From an uncultured Pelagibacteraceae bacterium (lineage in GTDB: Bacteria; Pseudomonadota; Alphaproteobacteria; Pelagibacterales; Pelagibacteraceae): a stretch of DNA of 64,000 nt. A program made the translations under genes and the position numbers. This document shows, one piece after another, positions 1 to 9,820 of the stretch. Under the pieces are notes generated by a model. That model made no database searches. It saw only the letters and a program-made list of their open reading frames with translations, and was not told the origin of the DNA. The stretch is from NCBI GenBank assembly GCA_902614835.1, contig CACMMU010000001.1, positions 15,944 to 79,943 of the forward strand, written 5' to 3'. The stretch's first letter is position 1. The number at the start of each line of letters is the position of its first letter.

Positions 1-274
1 TACTTATAATTTCGATCTCTTTAGTTTCTACCGCCAATAATTCATCGCGCCCAGCTTTTTTGTATGCTTCACATGAGTCGTTCCGTTGCTTCACCATTTT
101 TTTTAAAAGACTTGTCAGATCAGCGTCTGGCAAGGTATTTTTGTCCTTAATTTTTTTAGCAATTATTGCATCTTTTATTGCGGCAACGACCAGTCTCAAA
201 GTAGAATATGTTTCTTTATCTTTTGATTTCAGGGCCTCGCTAAGCCTAGCTTCTATTTTAGTCTGTAGGGACAT
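1..274 (-). CDS. GatB/YqeY-domain protein (N-terminal part; ORF runs off the left edge)
   Basis: Absent from the ORF track because there is no stop in the window. Hand translation of the minus strand from the ATG at complement 272-274 gives MSLQTKIEARLSEALKSKDKETYSTLRLVVAAIKDAIIAKKIKDKNTLPDAD..., the typical N-terminal pattern of YqeY/GatB_Yqey proteins. It explains why the + strand ORF 60..335 is spurious. Confidence 0.65.
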   Translation of the reverse strand, partial: MSLQTKIEARLSEALKSKDKETYSTLRLVVAAIKDAIIAKKIKDKNTLPDADLTSLLKKMVKQRNDSCEAYKKAGRDELLAVETKEIEIIS

Positions 275-325
275 ATATTATTTTAAACTTACTTTAATCA
301 CATTTTATCTTCAAAAGAAAAAAGA

Positions 326-1591
326 ATGGGGTTGACGACTGTTAACCTTTTTCATATAAGACGCAAAACCTTACTTAAAAGGTTTCCTTTAACTCATGAG
401 TTGTATTTGAGACAGGCCCTAAAAAGAAAAAAAGATAAATCATATAATTTTTCGACAGGTATTTTAGTTTTTGAAGATGGAACCAAATTTTTTGGTAATG
501 GCATTGGGTATGAAGGAAATGCTATTGGAGAAGTTTGTTTCAATACATCAATTACTGGTTATCAAGAAATAATAACTGATCCTTCTTACTCAGATCAAAT
601 AATCAATTTTACTTTCCCCCACATTGGTAACGTGGGTACAAATATTGAAGACAACGAAGCAGATAAAACTTGGGTGAAAGGTGTTATTCTCAATTGTGAT
701 ATTACAGAACCATCCAATTATAGATCTGTTAAAAAGTTAGATATTTGGCTTAAAAAAAGAAAAATTGTAGGTATTTTTGGCTTAGATACTAGAACTATAA
801 CAAATTATATAAGAGATGTGGGGGCCCCGAAAGGAACAATACAATTTTTAAAAAAAGGAAACCATAACTTTAAAGATCTTTTAAATAAATCAAGATCCTG
901 GAATGGTCTAATAGGATTAGACTTGGCTAAGAAAGTGACTTGTAAAAAGCCTTATAAATGGAAGTCATTAAAATCCTGGAACAAAAATAAAGGTTACGTT
1001 AAAAATAAAAAAATTAAATACAAAATTATTGCAATTGATTATGGTATTAAAAAGAATCAATTAAGATGTTTTTCTGATATTAATTGTAGTGTTACTGTTG
1101 TTCCAGCTAATTTTCCTGCTGAAAAAATAATAAAACTCAAACCTGATGGGGTGTTTTTATCAAATGGTCCCGGGGACCCAGCAGCAACTGGAAAATATGC
1201 AATACCAATAGTAAGAAAATTAATTAAAAAAAAATTACCCATTTTTGGAATATGTCTTGGTCACCAAATTTTATCATTGGCACTAGGAGCAAAAACAAAA
1301 AAGATGCCACTTGGACATAGGGGTGCGAATCATCCTGTAAAGAATTTAATAACAAATAAAGTTGAAATCACGAGTCAGAACCACGGTTTTGAGGTAGACT
1401 TAAAATCTATTCCTAAACAAGTCAAAATTACACATAAATCTCTATTTGATGGATCTATAGAGGGAGTAGAGGTTAAGGAAAAAAGATTATTTTCAGTTCA
1501 ATATCATCCTGAGGCTAATCCTGGCCCCCAAGACAGCAAATATTTATTTGAAAAATTTTTAAACAATATTAGGAAAAGAAAAAATGGGTAA
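326..1591 (+). CDS. carA: carbamoyl-phosphate synthase small (glutaminase) subunit
   Basis: CPSase small-subunit N-domain ([17 protein letters not shown]). Class-I GATase triad context ([12 protein letters not shown]; VQYHPEA). 8-nt overlap with carB. The first ~40 aa look like an over-extension; TTG codons at 401/407 are alternative starts. Confidence 0.93.
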   Translation: MGLTTVNLFHIRRKTLLKRFPLTHELYLRQALKRKKDKSYNFSTGILVFEDGTKFFGNGIGYEGNAIGEVCFNTSITGYQEIITDPSYSDQIINFTFPHIGNVGTNIEDNEADKTWVKGVILNCDITEPSNYRSVKKLDIWLKKRKIVGIFGLDTRTITNYIRDVGAPKGTIQFLKKGNHNFKDLLNKSRSWNGLIGLDLAKKVTCKKPYKWKSLKSWNKNKGYVKNKKIKYKIIAIDYGIKKNQLRCFSDINCSVTVVPANFPAEKIIKLKPDGVFLSNGPGDPAATGKYAIPIVRKLIKKKLPIFGICLGHQILSLALGAKTKKMPLGHRGANHPVKNLITNKVEITSQNHGFEVDLKSIPKQVKITHKSLFDGSIEGVEVKEKRLFSVQYHPEANPGPQDSKYLFEKFLNNIRKRKNG

Positions 1592-4500
1592 AAGAAAAGA
1601 TATTAAAAAAATTTTAGTTATAGGAGCGGGTCCGATAGTAATCGGCCAAGCTTGTGAATTTGATTATTCAGGTACACAAGCATGTAAAGCTTTAAAAGAC
1701 GAAGGTTATAAAGTAGTTTTAATAAATTCTAATCCAGCAACAATTATGACTGATCCAAATGTTGCTGATAAAACCTATATCGAGCCAATCACATTAGACA
1801 TTCTTGAAAAAATTTTAATTAAAGAAAAACCCGATGCAATTTTACCAACAATGGGTGGACAAACTGCTCTGAACTTGGCTATGGAGGCTGAAAAAAAAGG
1901 CATACTAAAAAAATACAAAATTGAACTGATTGGGGCAAACTCAAAAGCTATCGCAAATGCAGAAGATAGAAAAAAATTTAGAAAAAATATGATCGAAATT
2001 GGTTTAGATTTGCCTAAATCAAAAATAGTAAACAACTTTAAACAAGCTTCTCAGGTTTTAAAAAAGATAGGGTTGCCAGCAATTATAAGACCTGCTTTTA
2101 CCCTTGGAGGTTTAGGAGGTGGAATTGCGAAAAATAAAAAAGAATTTTTTAAAATAATAAAGAATGGTCTCCATGAATCGCCGGTTAACCAAGTTTTGGT
2201 TGAAGAGTGTTTGGAGGGCTGGAAAGAATTTGAAATGGAAGTGGTTAGAGATAAAAGAGATAATTGTATAATTATTTGTTCAATTGAAAATTTAGATCCA
2301 ATGGGAATTCATACCGGAGACTCTGTAACTATTGCTCCTGCTCTAACCTTAACTGATAAAGAGTATCAAGTTATGAGAAATGCCTCCATAGCATGTCTCA
2401 GAAAAATTGGAGTAGAGACTGGAGGATCAAACGTACAATTTGCTATTAATCCAAAAAATGGAAGAATGGTTATAATTGAAATGAATCCAAGAGTTTCAAG
2501 ATCTTCAGCTCTAGCTTCTAAAGCAACGGGTTTCCCAATAGCAAAAGTAGCTGCAAAATTAGCCGTAGGATATACTTTAGATGAATTAAAAAATGAGATT
2601 ACCAAAGTAACACCCGCCTCTTTTGAACCCACAATAGATTATGTTGTTACCAAAGTTCCAAGATTTACCTTCGAAAAATTTTCAACATCAGCAGCTGTTT
2701 TGGGAACATCAATGAAATCGGTTGGCGAAGCTATGGCAATAGGAAGAAACTTTAAAGAATCTTTACAAAAAGCATTGGTGTCCCTTGAAACAGGTTTCTC
2801 AGGTTTAGATCAAATATTTAATTTAAATAGAAAGCAAATTGAAAAAAAACTTAAAGAAAATATTCCAAATAAAATAATGCTTGTGGGGGAAGCTATTAGA
2901 AAAAAAATTAATATTAAAAAAATACATTTATTATCAAAAATTGATCCCTGGTTTTTGAGGCAAATAAAGGAAATTATCGACTGTGAAAATAAAATTAAAA
3001 AAAATGGTCTTCCAAAAACATTTAATGAGTTTAATTATATTAAGTCAATTGGGTTTTCGGATAAAAAGTTATCAGAACTAGCTAATATATCGGAAAAAGG
3101 GATAAGGAAAAAAAGATCAATTCTACAAATTTTGCCTGTTTATAAAAAAGTTGATACTTGTGCTGCAGAATTTAAATCTTTTACTCCCTACATGTACTCT
3201 ACGTATCAAAGAAATTTTTCTGTAAATTCAGAGTGTGAAGCACAACCTTCAAATAGAAAAAAAATTATTATACTTGGTGGGGGTCCAAATAGAATTGGTC
3301 AAGGTATTGAATTTGATTACTGTTGCTGCCAGGCGAGTTTTGCTCTTAAAGAGGCAAAGTATGAAACCATAATGGTTAATTGTAACCCAGAGACCGTTTC
3401 TACTGATTATGACACCAGTGACCGCCTCTATTTCGAGCCTTTAATAGAAGAATATGTTTTTAATATAATTCAAAAAGAAAGATCAAAAGGAAACCTAATT
3501 GGAATAATCGCTCAGTTTGGTGGACAGACACCTATCAAACTAGCAAAATTTTTAAATGATAATAAATTGCCAATTTTAGGAACACAATATTCATCTATAG
3601 ATTTAGCAGAAGATAGAGATAGATTTAGAAATCTTTTAAATAAATTAAATTTGAAACAGGCTGAAAGTGGTATTGCTAAAACATTTCCACAAGCGTTAAA
3701 AATTGCTGACAGAATTGGGTTGCCTTTAATGGTAAGGCCCTCTTATGTTTTGGGTGGTAGGGCCATGGAAATAGTACACGAAAGAAAACAACTTAAAAAA
3801 TTTGTCCAAGAAGCTTTTAAAGCAGCAGAGAAAAACCCAATTTTGATTGACAAATTTATAGATCATGCCATGGAGGTGGACGTGGATGCGATATCTGACG
3901 GCAAACAAGTATTTGTAGCAGGGATCATGCAACATATAGAAGAAGCTGGTATCCATTCTGGCGACTCGGCTTGTAGCCTTCCGCCTGTATCTATAAAACC
4001 CTTTTTAATAAAAGAAATTGAAAATCAAACTAGAAAGTTAGCTTTAGCTTTAAAAGTAAAAGGGTTAATGAATATTCAGTTTGCTATTAAACAAGATGAA
4101 ATATTTGTTATAGAAGTAAATCCGAGAGCTAGTAGAACAATCCCATTCGTTTCAAAGGCAAAAAATCTCCCGTATGCGAAAATTGCTTCTAGAATAATGG
4201 CTGGAGAAAAACTATCTAAATTTAATTTGAGAAGTAAAACTAAAAAAATGTTTGCGGTCAAAGAAGCGGTATTTCCGTTTAACAAATTTCCAAATAGTGA
4301 CCTGTTGCTCGGACCAGAAATGAAATCTACTGGGGAAGTTATGGGATTTGATAAAAATTTTGGAATGGCTTTTGCTAAAAGTCAAATCGCAGCATCCAAC
4401 TCTCTTCCAACAAAAGGATTGGCTTTCATTTCTTTAAAAAATAGCCACAAAGATGAGGGCGTTAAATTAGCAAAACAATTGATAAAATTAAATTTTAAGC

Positions 4501-4808
4501 TTTGCGCAACTTCAGGAACTGCAAAATTTATAAACAAACACGGTATAAAATGTAAAAAAATTAATAAAGTAAATCAAGGATCCCCTCATATTGTTGATGT
4601 GCTTAATTCAAAAAAAATAGCTCTAGTAATTAATACTGGAGGAGGCAACAGTGAAAGCCAAATAAGTGACGCAATAGCTTTAAGGCGAGCAACATTAGCT
4701 AATAAAGTGCCTTATTGTACAAATATGTCTACAGCACTAGTATGTATTGAGGGAATAAGATCTTTAAACTCAAAAGATATGAAGGTAACTTCTCTTCAAG
4801 ATATCTAA
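1584..4808 (+). CDS. carB: carbamoyl-phosphate synthase large subunit
   Basis: 1074 aa with two ATP-grasp halves ([17 protein letters not shown] and [17 protein letters not shown]) and a C-terminal MGS-like domain. Directly follows carA. Confidence 0.97.
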   Translation: MGKRKDIKKILVIGAGPIVIGQACEFDYSGTQACKALKDEGYKVVLINSNPATIMTDPNVADKTYIEPITLDILEKILIKEKPDAILPTMGGQTALNLAMEAEKKGILKKYKIELIGANSKAIANAEDRKKFRKNMIEIGLDLPKSKIVNNFKQASQVLKKIGLPAIIRPAFTLGGLGGGIAKNKKEFFKIIKNGLHESPVNQVLVEECLEGWKEFEMEVVRDKRDNCIIICSIENLDPMGIHTGDSVTIAPALTLTDKEYQVMRNASIACLRKIGVETGGSNVQFAINPKNGRMVIIEMNPRVSRSSALASKATGFPIAKVAAKLAVGYTLDELKNEITKVTPASFEPTIDYVVTKVPRFTFEKFSTSAAVLGTSMKSVGEAMAIGRNFKESLQKALVSLETGFSGLDQIFNLNRKQIEKKLKENIPNKIMLVGEAIRKKINIKKIHLLSKIDPWFLRQIKEIIDCENKIKKNGLPKTFNEFNYIKSIGFSDKKLSELANISEKGIRKKRSILQILPVYKKVDTCAAEFKSFTPYMYSTYQRNFSVNSECEAQPSNRKKIIILGGGPNRIGQGIEFDYCCCQASFALKEAKYETIMVNCNPETVSTDYDTSDRLYFEPLIEEYVFNIIQKERSKGNLIGIIAQFGGQTPIKLAKFLNDNKLPILGTQYSSIDLAEDRDRFRNLLNKLNLKQAESGIAKTFPQALKIADRIGLPLMVRPSYVLGGRAMEIVHERKQLKKFVQEAFKAAEKNPILIDKFIDHAMEVDVDAISDGKQVFVAGIMQHIEEAGIHSGDSACSLPPVSIKPFLIKEIENQTRKLALALKVKGLMNIQFAIKQDEIFVIEVNPRASRTIPFVSKAKNLPYAKIASRIMAGEKLSKFNLRSKTKKMFAVKEAVFPFNKFPNSDLLLGPEMKSTGEVMGFDKNFGMAFAKSQIAASNSLPTKGLAFISLKNSHKDEGVKLAKQLIKLNFKLCATSGTAKFINKHGIKCKKINKVNQGSPHIVDVLNSKKIALVINTGGGNSESQISDAIALRRATLANKVPYCTNMSTALVCIEGIRSLNSKDMKVTSLQDI

Positions 4809-4996
4809 GCGTTACAACTCATGTCTTGACCGCAACACAAAGGTGACTTTATTTTTCCATGATCATTTGGACATTTAGATATTTGAACCTTCTTACCATC
4901 ACCTACTTTTAAAAAATCATTCGCCAGTGGAGAATCACATTTGCCACAGGTTGCGTTAACAGACATGCCACATTTTGAACATTCGTAAGTAGCCAT
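4805..4996 (-). CDS. small cysteine-rich (8 Cys + 1 His) putative metal-binding protein, function unknown
   Basis: 63 aa: C6xxC9-x7-C17xxC20 ... C42-x3-H46 ... C54C55-x5-C61. Co-directional with the two upstream ORFs, with a 17-nt gap. Its stop overlaps the carB stop. Confidence 0.55.
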   Translation of the reverse strand: MATYECSKCGMSVNATCGKCDSPLANDFLKVGDGKKVQISKCPNDHGKIKSPLCCGQDMSCNA

Positions 4997-5013
4997 ATAA
5001 ATATTCTATACTA

Positions 5014-5679
5014 TTAAACTTCTACTTTCCAGTCAGTTTCAAATGAAACATAGTTAATTTGTACGCAACGTCTCTCTTTTTTGATCTCTTTTTTCTCCAT
5101 ACCATGCCATGTATTTGGACCACTTGAAAAAAAATATCCATAATTATCTTTGTAAGGAACTGTTTTTACTTTTTTTAGTTTTTCATCGTAAAAATCGGTA
5201 CCTAAGTTTTCTGATTCATTAAAAGGGTTTACAAATATTAAAGATGACAAAAGTTTTTCTTTTATATCGCAATGAGGCTTAAGCCAAAAACCTTTTCTAT
5301 CACAAATTACTTCGAGCCTCACAAAAGAGTTTGATAGATCTTTTTCAATTAATTTGCCAATATGTTTGTAAACATTTTTAGAACATAATTCTTTTATAAA
5401 TTTTGAAAGTTCGGGAAAATTTTTTGAATTTTCTTTTGTTACAAAACATCTGTATTTTTTTGCTTTTCCTCCTGATTTTATACCCTCTCTAAATTTCCCT
5501 TCCCCACCATCTATTGCTCTTGTGCCATCGTATTCTAGGCCGTCAATTATAGGATTTGAAATTTCTGCATTACAGACTTCCTTGATGGCTAATTCTGTAA
5601 AAGGTTGATTAATAGCCCAATGCTTAAAAGGCTTTTCATAGGTTTCCAACCTAGTTTTTAATGAATTAAATAATTCCAT
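5014..5679 (-). CDS. hypothetical protein, 2OG-Fe(II) oxygenase-like (double-stranded beta-helix)
   Basis: 221 aa. Candidate facial triad H136-x-D138 ... H192 followed by R203/R204 at the spacing typical of 2OG-dependent dioxygenases. N-terminal PFKHWAI motif is common in this superfamily. Recognised by pattern only. Confidence 0.5.
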   Translation of the reverse strand: MELFNSLKTRLETYEKPFKHWAINQPFTELAIKEVCNAEISNPIIDGLEYDGTRAIDGGEGKFREGIKSGGKAKKYRCFVTKENSKNFPELSKFIKELCSKNVYKHIGKLIEKDLSNSFVRLEVICDRKGFWLKPHCDIKEKLLSSLIFVNPFNESENLGTDFYDEKLKKVKTVPYKDNYGYFFSSGPNTWHGMEKKEIKKERRCVQINYVSFETDWKVEV

Positions 5680-6616
5680 TTTTTTTCATTTGCTCTTTTA
5701 CTTGAGAAGCGGCACGATTAACTTCATTTAAACCCTCGTACGTCCAATGCTCAATTTTATTTTCTAAATTTCTTATAATACCAAGATCTTTAAACAATTT
5801 ATAAAATTTTTCAAATCTGTGTATGCTTAATCTGTGGTTCATTTGTGCAACATACACAGGTTTTCCCGTTATTGCTGCCTCTGAAATCATAGAGGTTGAG
5901 TCGCATGTTACGATTATAATATTAGCAAGACCTAATGATGATAAATAAGCTTTTTTATCTCTTTCTTTTACAACAAGGTGATCCTCATTAAAATAATTGT
6001 AAGCAAGCTTTAATATATTGTCTGGAGTTCTGTAAGATGGAATAATAATTAATTTATATTTCGAAGAAATAAACATGTTTTTGATTTTAGCAAATAGTTT
6101 GTCCATTTGTTTCTCAGAAAAACTATAGTATTTATTTGGGCCGCCAAGTATAAATGTTACTATTTTTTTTTCTCCCTGATTTGGCTTTAAATAACTAATA
6201 TTTTTTTTTATTTCTTCGTTTGTAAGATAGTGTATAGCTCCTTTAGTTTTTACAACATTTTCTCCTTGTAAGTCATCATGCTCAGGGCAAATAATTGAGT
6301 CAAAATTTTCTATATTAACTTTTGGATCTTGAATATGAATATTAAAAATCTCTTTTTTAAATCTTCTTTTTAATAAAATTGACGGGATAACACTTTTTCT
6401 TCCACAAGAGATTATAATTTTAGAATCACAAATAAATTTATTTTTTAAAACAATGTCAGACACCGGGGTAAATCTTGGTGGAAAGAAATTCCAAAAGTTG
6501 TTTAATTCTATTTTTTCATGCTTAAAAGTTAAATTTAATGCTTTGGCCAAACCCTCCACTTGGCTAATCATGCCATGCATACCTTGGGTTAAAAGAAGTG
6601 CTTTCAATTTCAACAT
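5666..6616 (-). CDS. ELM1/DUF1022 family protein (glycosyltransferase-like fold)
   Basis: 316 aa. The N-terminus (LLLTQGMHGMISQVEGLAKAL) resembles the conserved start of bacterial mitochondrial-fission-ELM1 family proteins. 14-nt overlap with the downstream 2OG-oxygenase-like ORF. Confidence 0.6.
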   Translation of the reverse strand: MLKLKALLLTQGMHGMISQVEGLAKALNLTFKHEKIELNNFWNFFPPRFTPVSDIVLKNKFICDSKIIISCGRKSVIPSILLKRRFKKEIFNIHIQDPKVNIENFDSIICPEHDDLQGENVVKTKGAIHYLTNEEIKKNISYLKPNQGEKKIVTFILGGPNKYYSFSEKQMDKLFAKIKNMFISSKYKLIIIPSYRTPDNILKLAYNYFNEDHLVVKERDKKAYLSSLGLANIIIVTCDSTSMISEAAITGKPVYVAQMNHRLSIHRFEKFYKLFKDLGIIRNLENKIEHWTYEGLNEVNRAASQVKEQMKKNGII

Positions 6617-6639
6617 TTATAACTATATATCTATATATA

Positions 6640-7587
6640 ATGAATAATAAGTCTACTAAACACACAAAAGTGTTAATTCTTGGATCTGGCCCGGCAGGAT
6701 ATACTGCTGCGATTTATGCAGCTAGGGCTATGCTTAAGCCAATATTGGTGTTCGGTTCTGAACCTGGTGGACAATTAACCACAACTACTGATGTTGAAAA
6801 CTTTCCAGGTTATTCAAAAGTAATTCAAGGACCTTGGTTGATGGAAGAAATGAAGGGACAGGCTAAAGCTGTAGGTACAGAGATGATTCAAGATCATATA
6901 AGCAAAGTAGATCTTTCTAAAAAACCTTTTGAAGCCGTGGGCGATAGTGGTCAGCGATATACAGCTGATAGTTTTATTATATCGACCGGAGCTCAAGCAC
7001 GGTGGTTAAATTTAAAATCAGAAACAGAATTTAGAGGATTCGGTGTATCAGCGTGTGCAACATGTGACGGATTCTTTTTTAAAGAAAAAGAAGTTGCTGT
7101 TGTTGGCGGGGGTAATGCAGCGGTTGAAGAGGCTATGTTTTTAACAAAATTTGCCTCAAAGGTTAAACTTATACATAGAAGAAATGAATTAAGAGCAGAA
7201 AAAATGCTTCAAGCAAAATTAAAAGCAAATAAAAAAATTGAAATTATATGGGATAGTGTTGTTGAAGACGTGTTTGGAGAAAAAAACCCTAAATCAGTTA
7301 AAGGTATAAAAATTAAAAATGTTAAAACAAGCAAAGTTAGTGAGATTAAGGTGGATGGACTTTTTATTGCTATTGGACATGATCCTGCTACTTCGCTGTT
7401 TAAAGGTCAATTAAATATGGATAAAGAGGGATACATAGTCACCAAACCGGACTCTACGATTACTAATGTGCCAGGAGTTTTCGCAGCTGGTGATGTTAAA
7501 GATAAAATATTCAGGCAGGCAGTTACCGCAGCTGGGATGGGCTGTATGGCTGCACTGGAAGCTGAAAAACATTTATCATCAAAATGA
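6640..7587 (+). CDS. trxB: thioredoxin-disulfide reductase
   Basis: FAD motif GSGPAGYTAAIYAARA, redox-active CATC (SACATCDGFFF), NADPH motif GGGNAAVEEA and C-terminal GDV..K..RQAVTAAG. ATG at 6640 (MNNKSTKH...) is preferred to the track start at 6598. Confidence 0.95.
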   Translation: MNNKSTKHTKVLILGSGPAGYTAAIYAARAMLKPILVFGSEPGGQLTTTTDVENFPGYSKVIQGPWLMEEMKGQAKAVGTEMIQDHISKVDLSKKPFEAVGDSGQRYTADSFIISTGAQARWLNLKSETEFRGFGVSACATCDGFFFKEKEVAVVGGGNAAVEEAMFLTKFASKVKLIHRRNELRAEKMLQAKLKANKKIEIIWDSVVEDVFGEKNPKSVKGIKIKNVKTSKVSEIKVDGLFIAIGHDPATSLFKGQLNMDKEGYIVTKPDSTITNVPGVFAAGDVKDKIFRQAVTAAGMGCMAALEAEKHLSSK

Positions 7588-8606
7588 GTGATAAAGTATT
7601 AGTTACAGGCATAAGTGGATGGATTGCTAAACACACTGCTATAGAATTATTAAATTCTGGCTATGAGGTTTTAGGAACTGTAAGAAATAAAAATTTAATT
7701 GAGCAAACAAAAGAAACTATAAGCAAATATGCTTCGATTGGTAAATTATCATTCGTTGAATTAGATCTTGTCAAAGATGATGGATGGAATGAGGCTGCAA
7801 AAGGATGTAAATATATATTTCATATTGCCTCACCTTTTCCTATGAAAGTTTCAAGAAATAGAGAAAGTTTATTACCTCCTGCTGTTGATGGAACTTTAAG
7901 AGTTTTAAAAGCGGGAGTAAATGCAGGTGTGGAACAAATAATTAAAACTTCCTCAATCGTAGCAATGTTTAGAAAACCTAATAGAAGCAATCCTTATACT
8001 TTTGGAGAAAATGATTGGACTGACGAAAATTGGGTAGAAGGTGTGAATGACTACTTTTTGTCAAAAACAAAAGCAGAAAGGTCGGCTTGGAAATTTATGG
8101 AGAGCAAAGGATTAAAAAATAAATTAACTTGTATTTGTCCTGGTGGAGTCTTTGGAGATGCTTTAGATAAAAAAGGAGGTACATCAATAGAGTATGTTAG
8201 ACAATTTATGGCAGGTAAATTTCCAGGTGCACCAAAATTTGCAGTTTTAATCTCTGATGTTAAAGATATAGCAAAAGCACATGTGGCTTGTATTGGAAAT
8301 AATAAAGTTGGTGGAAGGAGATTAATTGTTGGAAAAGAAGTAAAAAAACTAGTCGAATTATCTCAAATAATGGCTGAAGCAATGCCTGAGTATGCAAAAA
8401 AACTTCCCAAAAAAGAACTTCCAAATTTCATGGTAAAATTAATAAGTTATATAGACTCAAGCGCTAAAATGATGATACCGGATCTGGGAATTTTAATGCA
8501 AACTGATACTGCTTATGCGGAAGAATTATTAGGTTTTAAATTTAAACCTGCAAAAGATTGTATGATTGAGAATGCTAAATCAATCGTTAGACTTGGATTA
8601 GTTTAA
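7584..8606 (+). CDS. NAD(P)-dependent extended-SDR oxidoreductase (aldehyde/dihydroflavonol reductase-like)
   Basis: N-terminal Rossmann motif VLVTGISGWIAKH and catalytic Y-x3-K (YFLSKTKAE). ATGA overlap with the trxB stop. Confidence 0.8.
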   Translation: MSDKVLVTGISGWIAKHTAIELLNSGYEVLGTVRNKNLIEQTKETISKYASIGKLSFVELDLVKDDGWNEAAKGCKYIFHIASPFPMKVSRNRESLLPPAVDGTLRVLKAGVNAGVEQIIKTSSIVAMFRKPNRSNPYTFGENDWTDENWVEGVNDYFLSKTKAERSAWKFMESKGLKNKLTCICPGGVFGDALDKKGGTSIEYVRQFMAGKFPGAPKFAVLISDVKDIAKAHVACIGNNKVGGRRLIVGKEVKKLVELSQIMAEAMPEYAKKLPKKELPNFMVKLISYIDSSAKMMIPDLGILMQTDTAYAEELLGFKFKPAKDCMIENAKSIVRLGLV

Positions 8607-9785
8607 ACTTTCACAAAACGATTTTATTCTATCTAAAGCTTTTTTAAGATTTTCCATGGAGGTAGCATAAGAAATTCTGAAGTATCCATCTAAACCAAAT
8701 GCAGATCCCTGAACTACGGCTACTTCTGCTTTATCCAGTAATTTTTCTACAAATTCTTTATCTGTTTTTAATTTTGTCTTTTTACCTAACAACTTTTTAC
8801 AATTTGGGAAAACATAAAAAGCTCCGCTTGGTTTCAAACAACTTAAACCATTAATACTATTTAAAGTTTCAACAACGTAATCCCTCCTCTCCTTGAAGGA
8901 GTCAGATCTTGTTTTTATGAAATCTTGAGTTCCATTCAAAGCTTCTACAGCTGCTGCCTGACTAATCGAAGATGGATTTGTTGTAGATTGAGATTGAATT
9001 TTTGCTACAGCTTTAATTATGTCTTTCGGTCCAGCTCCATACCCTATTCTCCATCCAGTCATAGAGTAAGATTTACTTACACCGTTCATTGTCAATGTTC
9101 TGTCTTTTAAAGCTTTAATTTGGGCAATGGTGAAAAATTTAAAATCATCATATGTAATATGCTCATAGATATCGTCACTAAGTATATAAACATTTTTATT
9201 TTTTATTAATATTTTTGATAATTCTTCTATCTCATTCCTTGTGTAACAAGATCCTGTTGGATTGGACGGTGAGTTTATAATTAACCATTTAGTTTTTTTT
9301 CCAATAGCTTTTTTTAATTCATCCGGGGTTATTTTGAATTCATTTTTTTCTGAGCACTTTACTATTTTGGGTTTACCACCAGCTAATAAAACCATATCAG
9401 GATAAGATACCCAATAAGGTGCTGGGATAATGACTTCGTCTCCTGGATTCAGGGTTGCCATAAAAACGTTATATAAAACTTGTTTTCCCCCCGTACCAAC
9501 TGAAATTTGATCCAATTCGTAAGATAAATTATTTTCTCTTGTAAATTTACCTTGAATCGCCTTTTTAAGTTTAGGTGTACCATCGACAGCTGTGTACTTT
9601 GTTTCTCCTCTTTTAATTGCTTCGATAGCAGCATCTTTAATGTTATCTGGAGTGTCAAAATCAGGTTCTCCAGCTCCTAGGCCAATAACATCTTTGCCAG
9701 CTGCCTTCATTTCTCTAGCTTTTGAGGTAACCGCTATGGTTGGGGAGGGTTTAATTCGCTTTAAACTATTGGAAACTATGCTCAT
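8598..9785 (-). CDS. pyridoxal-phosphate-dependent aspartate aminotransferase (class I)
   Basis: 395 aa with LGAGEPDFDTP, NPSNPTG and the PLP-lysine context SKSYSMTGWRIGY. Confidence 0.9.
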   Translation of the reverse strand: MSIVSNSLKRIKPSPTIAVTSKAREMKAAGKDVIGLGAGEPDFDTPDNIKDAAIEAIKRGETKYTAVDGTPKLKKAIQGKFTRENNLSYELDQISVGTGGKQVLYNVFMATLNPGDEVIIPAPYWVSYPDMVLLAGGKPKIVKCSEKNEFKITPDELKKAIGKKTKWLIINSPSNPTGSCYTRNEIEELSKILIKNKNVYILSDDIYEHITYDDFKFFTIAQIKALKDRTLTMNGVSKSYSMTGWRIGYGAGPKDIIKAVAKIQSQSTTNPSSISQAAAVEALNGTQDFIKTRSDSFKERRDYVVETLNSINGLSCLKPSGAFYVFPNCKKLLGKKTKLKTDKEFVEKLLDKAEVAVVQGSAFGLDGYFRISYATSMENLKKALDRIKSFCESLN

Positions 9786-9820
9786 TGAAATTTATAATAT
9801 TTTGTTATTATTAACACAAA

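Noticed and set aside
60-335. 91-aa + strand ORF at the left edge
   Set aside because: It lies antisense to a much better-supported YqeY/GatB-domain ORF (complement 1-274). Its sequence is low-complexity and hydrophobic, typical of shadow ORFs.
6598-6639. N-terminal extensions given by the ORF track for trxB (6598), folB (12693), ilvE (16495), marR (16463), rplY (22786) and dsbA (38076)
   Set aside because: In each case a downstream ATG gives an N-terminus matching the family consensus, or a proper signal peptide. It also removes implausible overlap with the neighbouring gene.
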